This document shows positions 47,289-56,960 of a stretch of 64,000 nt of DNA, in pieces. The stretch spans positions 2,754,610-2,818,609 of the forward strand of contig CBDBDW010000002.1 of assembly GCA_965204045.1 (NCBI GenBank), written 5' to 3'. A program made the position numbers and the translations under genes. Each line of letters opens with the position of its first letter. Position 1 is the stretch's first letter. Source of the DNA: Gammaproteobacteria bacterium (lineage in GTDB: Bacteria; Pseudomonadota; Gammaproteobacteria; Eutrophobiales; Eutrophobiaceae). Under the pieces are notes generated by a model. The model was given only the letters and a program-made list of their open reading frames with translations. It was not told the DNA's origin and ran no database searches.

Positions 47289-49595
47289 ATGCCATCTGAA
47301 ACATCCGTCGTCGGAAAAAGCTTACCCTTGCTGGATGCCTATGAAAAAGTCACCGGCAGGCTCAAGTATGCCGGTGATTTACCTTCAATGCACCGCATGC
47401 ACCACGCTAAAGTGCTGCGCAGTCCCTATGCCCATGCGAAAGTGGCGCATATCGATACCTCTGCCGCCGAGGCCTTGCCGGGAGTCAGCGCGGTCATCAC
47501 CCACAAGGATGATATAACCGGGAAAAAGAAGACCTGCGGCTCCCCATGGCATGATTTCAGTTTCAACTTCATGGGGCCCATGATCTCTCCGGAAGTCTGT
47601 TACGTAGGTGACGAGGTCGCAGTCGTGTCTGCGGTGGACGAGGAAACCGCAAAGGAAGCCCTCAAACTCATAGAAGTGGAATACGAGGAATTGCCTGCCG
47701 TATTCGATATGGAAGAGGCGATGAAAGAGGGCGCGCCGCAGGTACGGCCGTGGGGGCCGAACAGCCTCCCGCCTTCGCTGTTTGAATGGGGAAACATCGA
47801 GGAGGGTTTCGAACAGGCCGATTACATCATTGAAAACCGCATCACCCTGGGCAACCAGCAGCATGCGCCGCTGGACAGGAATGCCTGTATCGCCCACTGG
47901 GAAGGAGACAGTGTTTCCCTGTGGACATCCACCCAGGCCCTGTTCTGGATCAGGGACGCGGTCACCGGGTTTTTTGAACTCTCGCCCAGCAAGGTCAGGG
48001 TCTACAGCACGCCTACCGGCGGGTCATTCGGCCTGTGGTGGGGTAATAATTTCATGTTGCTGGCGATTGCCGTCGCCAGGAAGGCGCGCCGTCCGGTACG
48101 GCTGGTGCTGACGCGGGATGAGGTCCAGACCACGGTGAAGCGGCGCGAGCGCCCGTTGATCGACGCGAAGATCGGGATAACAAAGGACGGCAAAATGGTT
48201 TCACAGTCATACCGCCACCTGATGGATAACGGCGCCTACGGCAATAAATTCGATCCGTACCAGTCCGTTGCCGATATCTACACCACCGAGCATGCCAGGG
48301 TGGAGTTCATAGGCGTGGCGACCAATCTGCTGCCTGCCGGGTGCATGCGCGGGGTGGGAGACCTGACACTGGCCTACGCCATCGAGCAGACGGTGGACAT
48401 GGCGGCGGAAAGGGTCGACATGGACCCGGTCGAGTTTCACCTGAAAAACCATTGGCAGACCGGCGACATCTGTCACACGTCCCAGGAAGTCGTGTTCGCC
48501 AAGCTGCTGTTCAACAAGAACCCGCAGGTGGAGTTGACCAGTTCAGGGCTGGCGGAGTGCATCACCCGTGGGGCCGAAGCCATGGACTGGAAGAACAAGT
48601 GGAAAGGATGGGGCACACCGTCATCGGTGGACGGCCACAAGGTGCGCGGCGTCGGCATGGGCATCTCCACCCATATCAGCGGCCTGGCCTTCTTCGGTTT
48701 CAACGGCATCACCGTCAAGGTCAACCCGGACGGCACCATGGCGCTGACCACGGGCATCGGGCGCATGGGGCAGGCGGGCGATACCACCCAGGCCATGGTG
48801 TGCGCCGAGGTCCTGGGCGTGGAACTGGAAGACGTCAACGTGATCGACGGCGACACTGAAGTCTGCGGGCATACCATGGTCACCTTCGGCAGCAACGGCA
48901 TGCACATGGTGGCGCGCGCCACCAAGGCCGCGGCGGAACACGCCAGGGAGCAGATACTGGAATACGCGGCAAGGCACCTGGAAGCCAATGCTGCCGATCT
49001 CGATATCAAGGACCGCCGGGTCTTCGTGAAGGGCAGCGAGGAGCGCGGAGTCACCCTCAAGGAACTGATGAGCACCCCGATCTACGAGTACCTGGCGGCG
49101 CCGGAAGTGATAGGCAGTGCCTCCAAGGGGGTGGAGTTCGAGAAGGCCGGCAAGATGATGATGGCGGATTTCGCCGAGGTGGAGATCGATACCCGCACCG
49201 CACAGATGAAACTCATTAAATTCGTCGCCGTGCACGACAGCGGCACCATCGTCAACCCGGCGGTGTGCGAGAACCAGGTTGCCGGCGGATACTACCAGTC
49301 CATGGGCCTCTCTACTACGGAACACCTGGTGTTCGATGATGAGACCGGCGCCATCCTTAACCCGAATTTTACGGACTACAAACTCATGGGACCCCTGGAC
49401 ATGCCCGACCCGGAGATCATGTTTGAGGAGGTCTACGACGAACACGGCCCGTTCGGGGCGAAAGGGATAGGCGAGGGCGTCACCTGCGCGGTGCCCATCG
49501 CCATATCCAACGCCGTGTACAACGCGATCGGCGCCCGGCTTGACCCACCCATTACACCGGATAAGATATTGCAGGCATTGAAATCAAAATCCTGA
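47289..49595 (+). CDS. Molybdenum hydroxylase molybdopterin-binding large subunit (xanthine dehydrogenase/aldehyde oxidase family)
   Basis: N-terminal a/b hammerhead (VGKSLPLLDAYEKVTGRLKYAGD). About 770 aa, with MoCo-binding family blocks (GGSFG, ...). Confidence 0.85.
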   Translation: MPSETSVVGKSLPLLDAYEKVTGRLKYAGDLPSMHRMHHAKVLRSPYAHAKVAHIDTSAAEALPGVSAVITHKDDITGKKKTCGSPWHDFSFNFMGPMISPEVCYVGDEVAVVSAVDEETAKEALKLIEVEYEELPAVFDMEEAMKEGAPQVRPWGPNSLPPSLFEWGNIEEGFEQADYIIENRITLGNQQHAPLDRNACIAHWEGDSVSLWTSTQALFWIRDAVTGFFELSPSKVRVYSTPTGGSFGLWWGNNFMLLAIAVARKARRPVRLVLTRDEVQTTVKRRERPLIDAKIGITKDGKMVSQSYRHLMDNGAYGNKFDPYQSVADIYTTEHARVEFIGVATNLLPAGCMRGVGDLTLAYAIEQTVDMAAERVDMDPVEFHLKNHWQTGDICHTSQEVVFAKLLFNKNPQVELTSSGLAECITRGAEAMDWKNKWKGWGTPSSVDGHKVRGVGMGISTHISGLAFFGFNGITVKVNPDGTMALTTGIGRMGQAGDTTQAMVCAEVLGVELEDVNVIDGDTEVCGHTMVTFGSNGMHMVARATKAAAEHAREQILEYAARHLEANAADLDIKDRRVFVKGSEERGVTLKELMSTPIYEYLAAPEVIGSASKGVEFEKAGKMMMADFAEVEIDTRTAQMKLIKFVAVHDSGTIVNPAVCENQVAGGYYQSMGLSTTEHLVFDDETGAILNPNFTDYKLMGPLDMPDPEIMFEEVYDEHGPFGAKGIGEGVTCAVPIAISNAVYNAIGARLDPPITPDKILQALKSKS

Positions 49596-49670
49596 GTGAG
49601 TCGTATCACCTGGGCAGGCTTAAATCGTCCCCGGCAGAATATCACTGACCGAACAGAGACAAGTTAACAA

Positions 49671-50327
49671 ATGCAGGATCTGGATGCAGCAGTAGAACAG
49701 TTAAAACGGGACATCTTCCAGGGGCGTTTCGTGCCCGGACAGCGCCTGGTGGAGGTGGATATCATGTCTCACCTGGAAATAACCAGGGGGAGGGTGCGCG
49801 ATGTTTTCAAACGCCTGCACGCCGAGGGGATCGTGCAGCTTGACAGGAACCGCGGCGCCTCGGTCCGCAAGGCTTCCCGGGAGGAGGTATTCGATATCTT
49901 CGAGGTGCTGGAGGAGATCTCCATCCTGATTATCCGGAAAATCGGCAGCCGGGTTGGGGACAAAGACATGCAGCGGCGCCTGCGCGCATCCCTCAACGCA
50001 GCCCGGAAATTCCATGACAGGTCGGTCAATATCATCAAGGTGCCGGAATACATGGATGAGAACGCCCGTTTCTGGGGCGACCTGGCCGACCTGGCCGGCA
50101 ACCCGGTACTGTCGGAGATCAGGTTACGCCTGCAGGCCCCCTTGTTCAGGCTGGCGATGGAGGGCCTGACCGTAAGCGGCAGTCATGAACAGTGGATCGC
50201 CCGGCACGAGGAGATCATCAGCGCCCTGCTGGACGACAATACCGGTCACGCAGTGCGCCACGCCAGAAAGTCCATGCACGACGTCTGGAAAGCCATCCTG
50301 GGACTGCCCGACAGCGCGTTCGCCTGA
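49671..50327 (+). CDS. GntR-family transcriptional regulator (FadR/FCD subfamily)
   Basis: N-terminal winged helix-turn-helix (GQRLVEVDIMSHLEITRGRVRDVFKRLHAEGIV) plus a C-terminal all-helical FCD-like domain. Confidence 0.85.
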   Translation: MQDLDAAVEQLKRDIFQGRFVPGQRLVEVDIMSHLEITRGRVRDVFKRLHAEGIVQLDRNRGASVRKASREEVFDIFEVLEEISILIIRKIGSRVGDKDMQRRLRASLNAARKFHDRSVNIIKVPEYMDENARFWGDLADLAGNPVLSEIRLRLQAPLFRLAMEGLTVSGSHEQWIARHEEIISALLDDNTGHAVRHARKSMHDVWKAILGLPDSAFA

Positions 50328-50353
50328 GAATATTATGCCCGGTCGTCCGGGGA

Positions 50354-51652
50354 TCAAATCCTGACCACATAATAATAAACATGCAGCGCCAGGGTGCAGA
50401 CGAGCGCCATGGCAAGGACATAGCCCGCGTTCCAGCGCATGATTGCAAACGAGGAGACCCCGAACCTGCCCTGTATGGCCAGGTTGATGCCGGACAGGGG
50501 TGAGCCGACTATGCTGGTGCCCCACATCATCAGCATGCATGCGCCGAGCAGGTCCGGATTATAGGCGGCATTGCCGAGCAGGCTGCCCAGTATTGAGATG
50601 GTGATGATGGGGTGGACGCCGATGAGCGACAGCAGGACAGCCGCCACGATGAAAGCGCTGCCGGTGAGAGGTGTTACGGTTGTCAGTCCCAGGGAGATAT
50701 CACTGTTCATCAGCACGGCGGTTATCCCTACCGACATGAACCCGGCGGCAAGGAACAGCATCAGTTCCTTGTGCATATCCGGAAGCTCGTCAACGATATG
50801 GGCGCCGATGCGGTGAAATACCGTAAGCGGTCCGCGTACAGCCAGCATCAGCAATGCCAGCAGGAACGACAACACGGTTATCAGGGTGAGCACCGGGAAG
50901 TCCGGGAATACGTTGTGCAACAGGATAACCGCCGCGCACAGCAGGACGGGGATAAACAGGGCCTCGAAGCGTAGCGGGTAGCCGCAGGTGTCCCGGCCTT
51001 CCTTGTCCCGCGCCAGTTGCCAGGTGGTAATGAACAGCCCCGCCAGGGCGACGGGCAGCCCCGCCAGCATCAGGGTGGGGAAGTCCGAACCGGGGGCATA
51101 CACCAGGGCGGTGGCGATGGAGACATAAAACGGCGACCAGTACGCCCCGCTGGCGAATGCCCGGGAAAACATGACGGCCTGCAGCCGGTTGATCTTCCCC
51201 GCCTGCTCCATACGGTTGCCGAACAGCATGACCGCGGACAGGTTGATCACCGTGGCGAACACGTGCAGTCCCCAGGCAGTCTTCACCAGCGCCCTGTTGC
51301 CCCTGGGCAGCGTTGTCCCCGACTCGTCACCCGGGAGGCTGATCAGGCGCAGGAAGGTGACCGAGGCGATCAGGGCAATGATATGGATGTTTGCGGAGGC
51401 CAGCCTGACAAAATCCACGGGGTGGCCATTGAGCATGACCCAGGCGAGACAACCGAGGCCGGCCAGCAGCATGCTCGAGATCTGGTAGATCATGGCCCGG
51501 GGCAGGCGGTGAAATAACATAATGGCCGCCGCCCACCCGGCGAGGCCGGACCAGAGCGGAGATACCTGGGAGGACGTCGCCGCCGGGACCGCCAGCAGCG
51601 CCATGACAAACAGCAAGGCGCCCGGCAATCTGGCCGTCAGGGATTTATCCAT
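50354..51652 (-). CDS. Polytopic inner-membrane transporter-like protein, family not assigned
   Basis: 432 aa with about 12 predicted hydrophobic helices. Adjacent to the GntR regulator and convergent with it. Confidence 0.55.
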   Translation of the reverse strand: MDKSLTARLPGALLFVMALLAVPAATSSQVSPLWSGLAGWAAAIMLFHRLPRAMIYQISSMLLAGLGCLAWVMLNGHPVDFVRLASANIHIIALIASVTFLRLISLPGDESGTTLPRGNRALVKTAWGLHVFATVINLSAVMLFGNRMEQAGKINRLQAVMFSRAFASGAYWSPFYVSIATALVYAPGSDFPTLMLAGLPVALAGLFITTWQLARDKEGRDTCGYPLRFEALFIPVLLCAAVILLHNVFPDFPVLTLITVLSFLLALLMLAVRGPLTVFHRIGAHIVDELPDMHKELMLFLAAGFMSVGITAVLMNSDISLGLTTVTPLTGSAFIVAAVLLSLIGVHPIITISILGSLLGNAAYNPDLLGACMLMMWGTSIVGSPLSGINLAIQGRFGVSSFAIMRWNAGYVLAMALVCTLALHVYYYVVRI

Positions 51653-51674
51653 GGTTGCTCGCGGGTGTTTCGGG

Positions 51675-52502
51675 TCAGCCCGCTTCGAGTAAAAAGTCGC
51701 TGACCAGTTGATTGAAACGCCGGTTGTGTTCTATCTGGGTCCAGTGGCCGCAGTTGCCGAAAATATGCAGTTGCGAGTTTTTGATACACCTGAACATGTG
51801 TTCGGAAACTGACACGGGGATAATCCGGTCGTCCCGGCCGTGGATAATCAAGGCCTCATGTTCGATGTTGCTGACGTCGTCTTCGTTGCTGCAGATTTTC
51901 CGGATGCCGTCCTGGCGCGGCGCCGGAAACATCGCTGCATAGGACTCCTGCACTCCAGGCCGGATACTGGCCTCATACCTGAGCCGGGCCAGTTCATCAT
52001 TTACCAGTGAACGATCATAGGCAAACAGGTCCAGCAACCGGCGCATATTCTCAATCGAGGGTGTATAACCCCAGGTCAGGTCCAGGCCTTCCGTCAATTC
52101 GAACTCCAGGCCGACGCTGCCCATGAGCACCAGGCGGGAAACCCGCTCCGGCGCGTGGATCGCCAGCGCTACGGCCAGGGCTCCGCCGAAGGAATTGCCG
52201 ACCACGTGGGCCTGTTCAATCTCCATGGCGTCCAGGAAATCCAGCGCGTGCCTGAGCCAGGTCTCCATGTCATAACGGATGCCGTCAGGTCGTTCGGTAA
52301 ACCCGAACCCCGCGATGTCGGGTGCGATCACGCGAAAGTTCTCCGCCAGGCTGGGGAGCACCAGGCGCCAGTTGGCCCAGGCGCTGACGCCGGGTCCCGA
52401 CCCGTGCAGCAGCAGCACAGGGTCGCCCGCCCCCTGGTCATGATAATTGGTCGTGATGCCGCCGGCATTGATGGAGGAACCGATTTCCGGAGAAGCGCTC
52501 AT
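51675..52502 (-). CDS. Meta-cleavage product hydrolase (2-hydroxymuconate-semialdehyde / HOPDA hydrolase family, DmpD/XylF/BphD-like alpha/beta hydrolase)
   Basis: TNYHDQGAGDPVLLLHGSGPGVSAWANWR...VIAPDIAGFGFTERP, and the nucleophile elbow VVGNSFGG. Confidence 0.8.
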   Translation of the reverse strand: MSASPEIGSSINAGGITTNYHDQGAGDPVLLLHGSGPGVSAWANWRLVLPSLAENFRVIAPDIAGFGFTERPDGIRYDMETWLRHALDFLDAMEIEQAHVVGNSFGGALAVALAIHAPERVSRLVLMGSVGLEFELTEGLDLTWGYTPSIENMRRLLDLFAYDRSLVNDELARLRYEASIRPGVQESYAAMFPAPRQDGIRKICSNEDDVSNIEHEALIIHGRDDRIIPVSVSEHMFRCIKNSQLHIFGNCGHWTQIEHNRRFNQLVSDFLLEAG

Positions 52503-52591
52503 TGATGTATCCTTGTCCGAGAGATTATTATTAGCTGAATATTATCAATCATTATATAGAAAAACGGTATTCTGATGCGAGGTCGAAGTCC

Positions 52592-53320
52592 ATGAACAGC
52601 CCCGAGTCGAAACATTTCGTCCTGGTGCACGGCGCCTGGCACGGCGCCTGGTGCTGGGAGAAAGTCACGCCGCTGCTTGCCGCGATGGGCCATGAGGCGC
52701 ATACCCTTGATTTGCCCGGCCTGGGCAACGATCCGGCGCCGATTTCCGGGATTGCCCTGGATTCCTACGTGAATGCCGTCAAAGGCGTTATCCTGTCGGT
52801 AAACGAACCTGTCGTGCTGGTCGGCCACAGCATGGGTGGTCTGGTCATTACCCAGACTGCGGAACTGGTGCCCGACCGGGTGCAGGCGCTGGGTTACCTG
52901 GCGGCGTTTTCGCCCAGGAACGGGGAATCGCTGTTTGATTACGCCATGGCCGACACCGAATCCCACGTCACGCGCTTTCACGTGGTGAACGAGGAAGAGG
53001 GGTATTTCACCATACCCGAGGACCGGCTCCCGGCATGCTTCTACGGCCTGTGCAGCGAGGAGGACACCCGCAATGCGATTGCACGGCTGCGCCCGCAACC
53101 GCTGGCGCCGCTGGTGCAACCGGTCAGCATCTCCGAGGAGAACTACGGGCAGGTGCGCCGCTGTTATATCGAGTGCACCAGGGACCAGGCGTTGACCTGG
53201 CCCATGCAGAAGAAGATGCTGCACAATGCCCGGCTTGATGCGTTACTCACCCTGGAAACGGACCATTCGCCGTTTTATTCCTGTCCTGAAGACCTGGTTG
53301 ACTGCCTGGTCAAACTGTAA
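52592..53320 (+). CDS. Alpha/beta hydrolase (methylesterase/SABP2-like family)
   Basis: HFVLVHGAWHGAWCW, with nucleophile elbow VLVGHSMGG. Confidence 0.7.
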   Translation: MNSPESKHFVLVHGAWHGAWCWEKVTPLLAAMGHEAHTLDLPGLGNDPAPISGIALDSYVNAVKGVILSVNEPVVLVGHSMGGLVITQTAELVPDRVQALGYLAAFSPRNGESLFDYAMADTESHVTRFHVVNEEEGYFTIPEDRLPACFYGLCSEEDTRNAIARLRPQPLAPLVQPVSISEENYGQVRRCYIECTRDQALTWPMQKKMLHNARLDALLTLETDHSPFYSCPEDLVDCLVKL

Positions 53321-53331
53321 GGGACGAGCCG

Positions 53332-53688
53332 ATGCAGATACTGATGATCCTCTGGGAACCCAATGATAAATGGCATGCCCTGTCACAGGACGAGCAGGCG
53401 GATTACCTGCGCTCCCTGGACGGCGCCGTCAACGAGGCGCGCAGTCACGGCGTCATGACGCTGGGCTGGAGTCGGGTGGACCGTACACTGAACAAGGCGC
53501 CGGACGAGGGCTATGTGGGTGTGTTCGCCATGGACTCGGCGCAGGCGATCCATGAACTGGACAGTAATATTCAGCAATCCCTCTGGTATGATTATTTCGA
53601 TTCCGTCAATATCAGCGTCAGCCTGGAAGGTGAAACGGAGCCCGAACCGCACCGGGTCTATGCGAAATTGCTGGGGCTGGATATTTGA
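53332..53688 (+). CDS. Hypothetical protein
   Basis: 118-aa ORF with an ATGC-balanced codon pattern. No motif recognised. Confidence 0.35.
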   Translation: MQILMILWEPNDKWHALSQDEQADYLRSLDGAVNEARSHGVMTLGWSRVDRTLNKAPDEGYVGVFAMDSAQAIHELDSNIQQSLWYDYFDSVNISVSLEGETEPEPHRVYAKLLGLDI

Positions 53689-53764
53689 ATGTTGAATTTA
53701 TCGATATTTTCTGAAAAAATCGATATTATTTGTTTCCGGGCATGACAAAGAGAAAAAAACGGGT

Positions 53765-54025
53765 ATGATGATGGCACAGAAACGTTATGTGCGCATCACC
53801 AACAGGGACAGGCCGGGGTTCGTCGAGTTTCATTTTTCCTTTGACGATCCGACTCTCTATCTGGAAATGATTTTGCCCACAGAGGCATTCACTGAATTTT
53901 GCCGGTCCAACCAGGTGACGTTCCTGAGCGATGAAGATGCCGAAGCGGTGGCAAGACAACAGGAAAAATGGCGTTATGGCGAAACCGAGGGTGAAGACGA
54001 AACGAGTGAATCGCTAACTCATTGA
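53765..54025 (+). CDS. dmpK: Phenol hydroxylase assembly/P0 subunit (DmpK-like)
   Basis: 86 aa. It is the first gene of a colinear dmpKLMNOP-like block, with family-typical size and composition (MMMAQKRYVRITNRDRPGFVEFHFSFDDP...). Confidence 0.7.
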   Translation: MMMAQKRYVRITNRDRPGFVEFHFSFDDPTLYLEMILPTEAFTEFCRSNQVTFLSDEDAEAVARQQEKWRYGETEGEDETSESLTH

Positions 54026-54035
54026 GAGCAGTCAG

Positions 54036-55031
54036 ATGTCAATCGATATTAAAACAACAAAAATTGAGCAGAGAAGGATCACGTTCGACAATGTTGCGGA
54101 AAAACTGGGCGAGGGCAAAGTCCCCAGTCGCTACCAGGAAGTGATGTATGGCGTGCAGCAGCAGGACGTGTTTCACTACCGTCCCACCTGGGACCCGGAA
54201 CATGAAGTCTTCGATGCGGACCGCACCGACATCAAAATGCGGGATTTCGATGACCTGACGGACCCGCGCCACTATTACTACGGCACTTATGTTATCCAGC
54301 GGTCAAAGCAGCAGGAGGCCATGGAAAAAAACTTTTCCGTCGTTGAGAAAAGAGGATTATTGCTTGCCCTGGATGGGGGCCTGATAGAAAAGATCAGAAA
54401 AGTCATCATACCGTTCCGCCATGCGGAATGGGGAGCGAACAACAACAACCTGTTTATTGCAGCTTACGGTTTCGGCACTCCCATGCCCATCGCCGCGGAT
54501 TTCCAGGGCATGGATCGGCTGGGGAATGCCCAGTACATCACGCGTATCGGCCTGATACTGTCAAACAACGATCCGGAAATACTGGACCGGGCCAAGTCGG
54601 AATGGCTGGATGACCCTATGTGGCAGCCACTGCGGAAACTGGTCGAGGACAGTTTCGTGATCAAGGACTGGTTTGAACTGCACCTGCTGCAGAATTTCCT
54701 GCTGGACGGGATATTGCAACCGTTGGTATTCCAGTATTTCGATGACGAAATCGTTAAACATGGCGGGGCGTCCTTTGCCATGGTCACGGAGTTTTTTGTC
54801 GAATGGTTTGCCGAAGCTGTCAGGTGGACGGATCACACGATAAAAACGGCAGCCGGTGAATCCGCAGAAAACCAGGCATTGCTGGCGGGATGGAAGGACA
54901 AATGGCTGCCGGAAGTCAAAAACGCCGCTATGCCGCTGGCGGAATATGTCTTTGCCGGGCGCAGTGCAGACGTGATTGGTGAGATCTCAAACCGGCTTGA
55001 AGCCAGGTCGGGTAAAATCGGTCTGGGGTGA
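54036..55031 (+). CDS. dmpL: Multicomponent phenol hydroxylase beta subunit (P1, DmpL-like)
   Basis: 331 aa, matching the DmpL length. Position and similarity in the operon. Confidence 0.8.
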   Translation: MSIDIKTTKIEQRRITFDNVAEKLGEGKVPSRYQEVMYGVQQQDVFHYRPTWDPEHEVFDADRTDIKMRDFDDLTDPRHYYYGTYVIQRSKQQEAMEKNFSVVEKRGLLLALDGGLIEKIRKVIIPFRHAEWGANNNNLFIAAYGFGTPMPIAADFQGMDRLGNAQYITRIGLILSNNDPEILDRAKSEWLDDPMWQPLRKLVEDSFVIKDWFELHLLQNFLLDGILQPLVFQYFDDEIVKHGGASFAMVTEFFVEWFAEAVRWTDHTIKTAAGESAENQALLAGWKDKWLPEVKNAAMPLAEYVFAGRSADVIGEISNRLEARSGKIGLG

Positions 55032-55035
55032 AGTC

Positions 55036-55308
55036 ATGGCTGAAAACGTATTCATTGCATTGCAGAACAATCCTGATGCGCAGCCCATCATACAGGCGAT
55101 CGTCGAAGACAACCCGGCAGCGGTGGTGAATGATTCTCCGGGGATGGTTAAAATAGATTGTCCGAAACGGTTGGTAATCAGGCGAGAGACCGTGGAAGAA
55201 AAAATCGGCGGAGATTTCAACCTGCAGGACATCCACCTCACGCTGATTTCCCTGGCCGGCAACATCGAAGAAGACGATGATGAATTTGTTTTACAGTGGA
55301 ATATCTAA
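55036..55308 (+). CDS. dmpM: Phenol hydroxylase regulatory/coupling protein (P2, MmoB/DmpM family)
   Basis: 90 aa: MAENVFIALQNNPDAQPIIQAIVEDNPAAVVNDSPGMVKIDCPKRLVIRRETVEE.... Confidence 0.8.
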   Translation: MAENVFIALQNNPDAQPIIQAIVEDNPAAVVNDSPGMVKIDCPKRLVIRRETVEEKIGGDFNLQDIHLTLISLAGNIEEDDDEFVLQWNI

Positions 55309-55318
55309 TCCGAGACAA

Positions 55319-55369
55319 GGGGACGGACCCCCGCTTACAACATGCGGGGGCATGCTTGAATCCGTCCCC
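55319..55369. repeat. Long copy of the nested palindromic REP/MITE-like element, inside the dmp operon (between dmpM and dmpN)
   Basis: ggggacggacccccgcttacaacatgcgggggcatgcttgaatccgtcccc. Confidence 0.7.
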
Positions 55370-55392
55370 GGAAAGTTTAAGAGGAACATACG

Positions 55393-56919
55393 ATGGCAGC
55401 TAAACCCAGACGCCTTAACCTGACTCAAAAATACCAGCTTATGACCCGAGGACTGGATTGGGAGACTACCTACCAGTCCATGGATGACGTATTCCCCTAC
55501 GACAAGTACGAGGGTATAAAGATCAAGGACTGGGACAAGTGGCAGGACCCGTTCCGTCTCACCATGGACGCTTACTGGAAATACCAGGCGGAGAAGGAAA
55601 GGAAACTCTACGCCATCCTTGATGGTTTTGCCCAGAACAACAGCCAGTTGAACATATCCGATGCACGGTACATGAATGCCGTGAAGATCTGGATGCAGGG
55701 TGTTACGCCACTGGAGTACGCCGCTTTCCGCGGCTTCGCCATGCTGGGCCGCGGTTTTCGCGGCGCCGGCGCCCGCGTAGCCTGCCAGTTCCAGTCCATC
55801 GATGAAATGCGCCATTACCAGACGCAGATGCATGCCTTCAGCCATTACAACAAGTACTTCAACGGCTTCCGGCAGTTTGCAAGAATCCGCGATCGGGCCT
55901 GGTACCTGTCCATTCCCAAGAGTTATTTTGAAGATGCGGTCACCGCCGGGCCGTTTGAGCTGATCACCGCCATTTCATTTTCCTTTGAATACGTATTGAC
56001 CAACCTGCTGTTCATGCCGTTCGTGTCCGGCGCCGCCTACAACGGTGACATGGCGACGACCACTTTCGGCTTCTCGGCCCAGTCCGATGAGTCGCGCCAC
56101 ATGACCCTGGGGCTTGAAGTCATCAAGTTCATGCTGGAACAGGACGAAGGCAACCTGCCCATCGTACAGCAATGGCTGGACAAATGGTTCTGGCGCGGTT
56201 ATCGCCTGCTCGGGCTGGTGGGCACCATGATGGACTACATGTTGCCCAAGAAGGTGATGTCCTGGCGCCAGGCCTGGGAGATCTACTGGGAGGAGAGCGG
56301 GATGGCCTTGTTCAACGACCTGGCCCGTTACGGCTTGAGGCCGCCCAAGTATCATGAAGTGGCCACCAAGGAAAAATACCGTATCACCCATGAGTTCTGG
56401 TGCACCATTTACCAGTTTTCCCATGCCACGGCCCTGTATACCTGGATACCGACCGAGGAGGAGCTGGACTGGTTTTCGGCCGAGTACGGTGAACTGTTCG
56501 ATACCGTGTACCGTCCGCGCTATGAATACTGGGCTGAACTGGACAGGAAAGGCGAACGTTTCTTCCAGAAACGCCTGCCGGTCGTGTGCAACGTCTGCCA
56601 GATCCCCATCTTCCACACCATGCCCGATGATCCGTTGATGAACTGTTGCCTGGTATCGGAATACAAGGGCACCAAGCACCAGATGTGCTCGCAGGGTTGC
56701 AAGGATATCTTCGATCACGAACCGGAGAAATACTGCCAGGCTTATATCCCGCCGCAACAGATCTACCAGGGTAACTGCGGCGGCGCCACCCTGGAAGCCT
56801 ACAAGGAATGGCTGCATATCAAGGATGAGGAAACCGGTGAGTATTACGGGTCTGAAGATCACATCATGTGGGAAGGCTGGAAAGCCCAGTCAGGTAAACC
56901 GGCCGACGCGCCGGCCTGA
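55393..56919 (+). CDS. dmpN: Multicomponent phenol hydroxylase alpha (diiron oxygenase) subunit (P3, DmpN-like)
   Basis: Near-colinear with DmpN: RLNLTQKYQLMTRGLDWETTYQ...DPFRLTMDAYWKYQAEKE. The diiron EX2H motifs are present (QSIDEMRH, QSDESRHM). Confidence 0.9.
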   Translation: MAAKPRRLNLTQKYQLMTRGLDWETTYQSMDDVFPYDKYEGIKIKDWDKWQDPFRLTMDAYWKYQAEKERKLYAILDGFAQNNSQLNISDARYMNAVKIWMQGVTPLEYAAFRGFAMLGRGFRGAGARVACQFQSIDEMRHYQTQMHAFSHYNKYFNGFRQFARIRDRAWYLSIPKSYFEDAVTAGPFELITAISFSFEYVLTNLLFMPFVSGAAYNGDMATTTFGFSAQSDESRHMTLGLEVIKFMLEQDEGNLPIVQQWLDKWFWRGYRLLGLVGTMMDYMLPKKVMSWRQAWEIYWEESGMALFNDLARYGLRPPKYHEVATKEKYRITHEFWCTIYQFSHATALYTWIPTEEELDWFSAEYGELFDTVYRPRYEYWAELDRKGERFFQKRLPVVCNVCQIPIFHTMPDDPLMNCCLVSEYKGTKHQMCSQGCKDIFDHEPEKYCQAYIPPQQIYQGNCGGATLEAYKEWLHIKDEETGEYYGSEDHIMWEGWKAQSGKPADAPA

Positions 56920-56960
56920 TGGAACAGGGTCGGCCCGTATATCAGAGGAGGTGAACCTGC

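Noticed and set aside
53689-53790. Sigma54 (-24/-12) promoter for the phenol hydroxylase operon
   Set aside because: The only TGGCAC lies inside the dmpK coding start (atgatgatggcacag) and is not followed by a correctly spaced TTGC. No DmpR/XylR-type upstream activator sites were seen.
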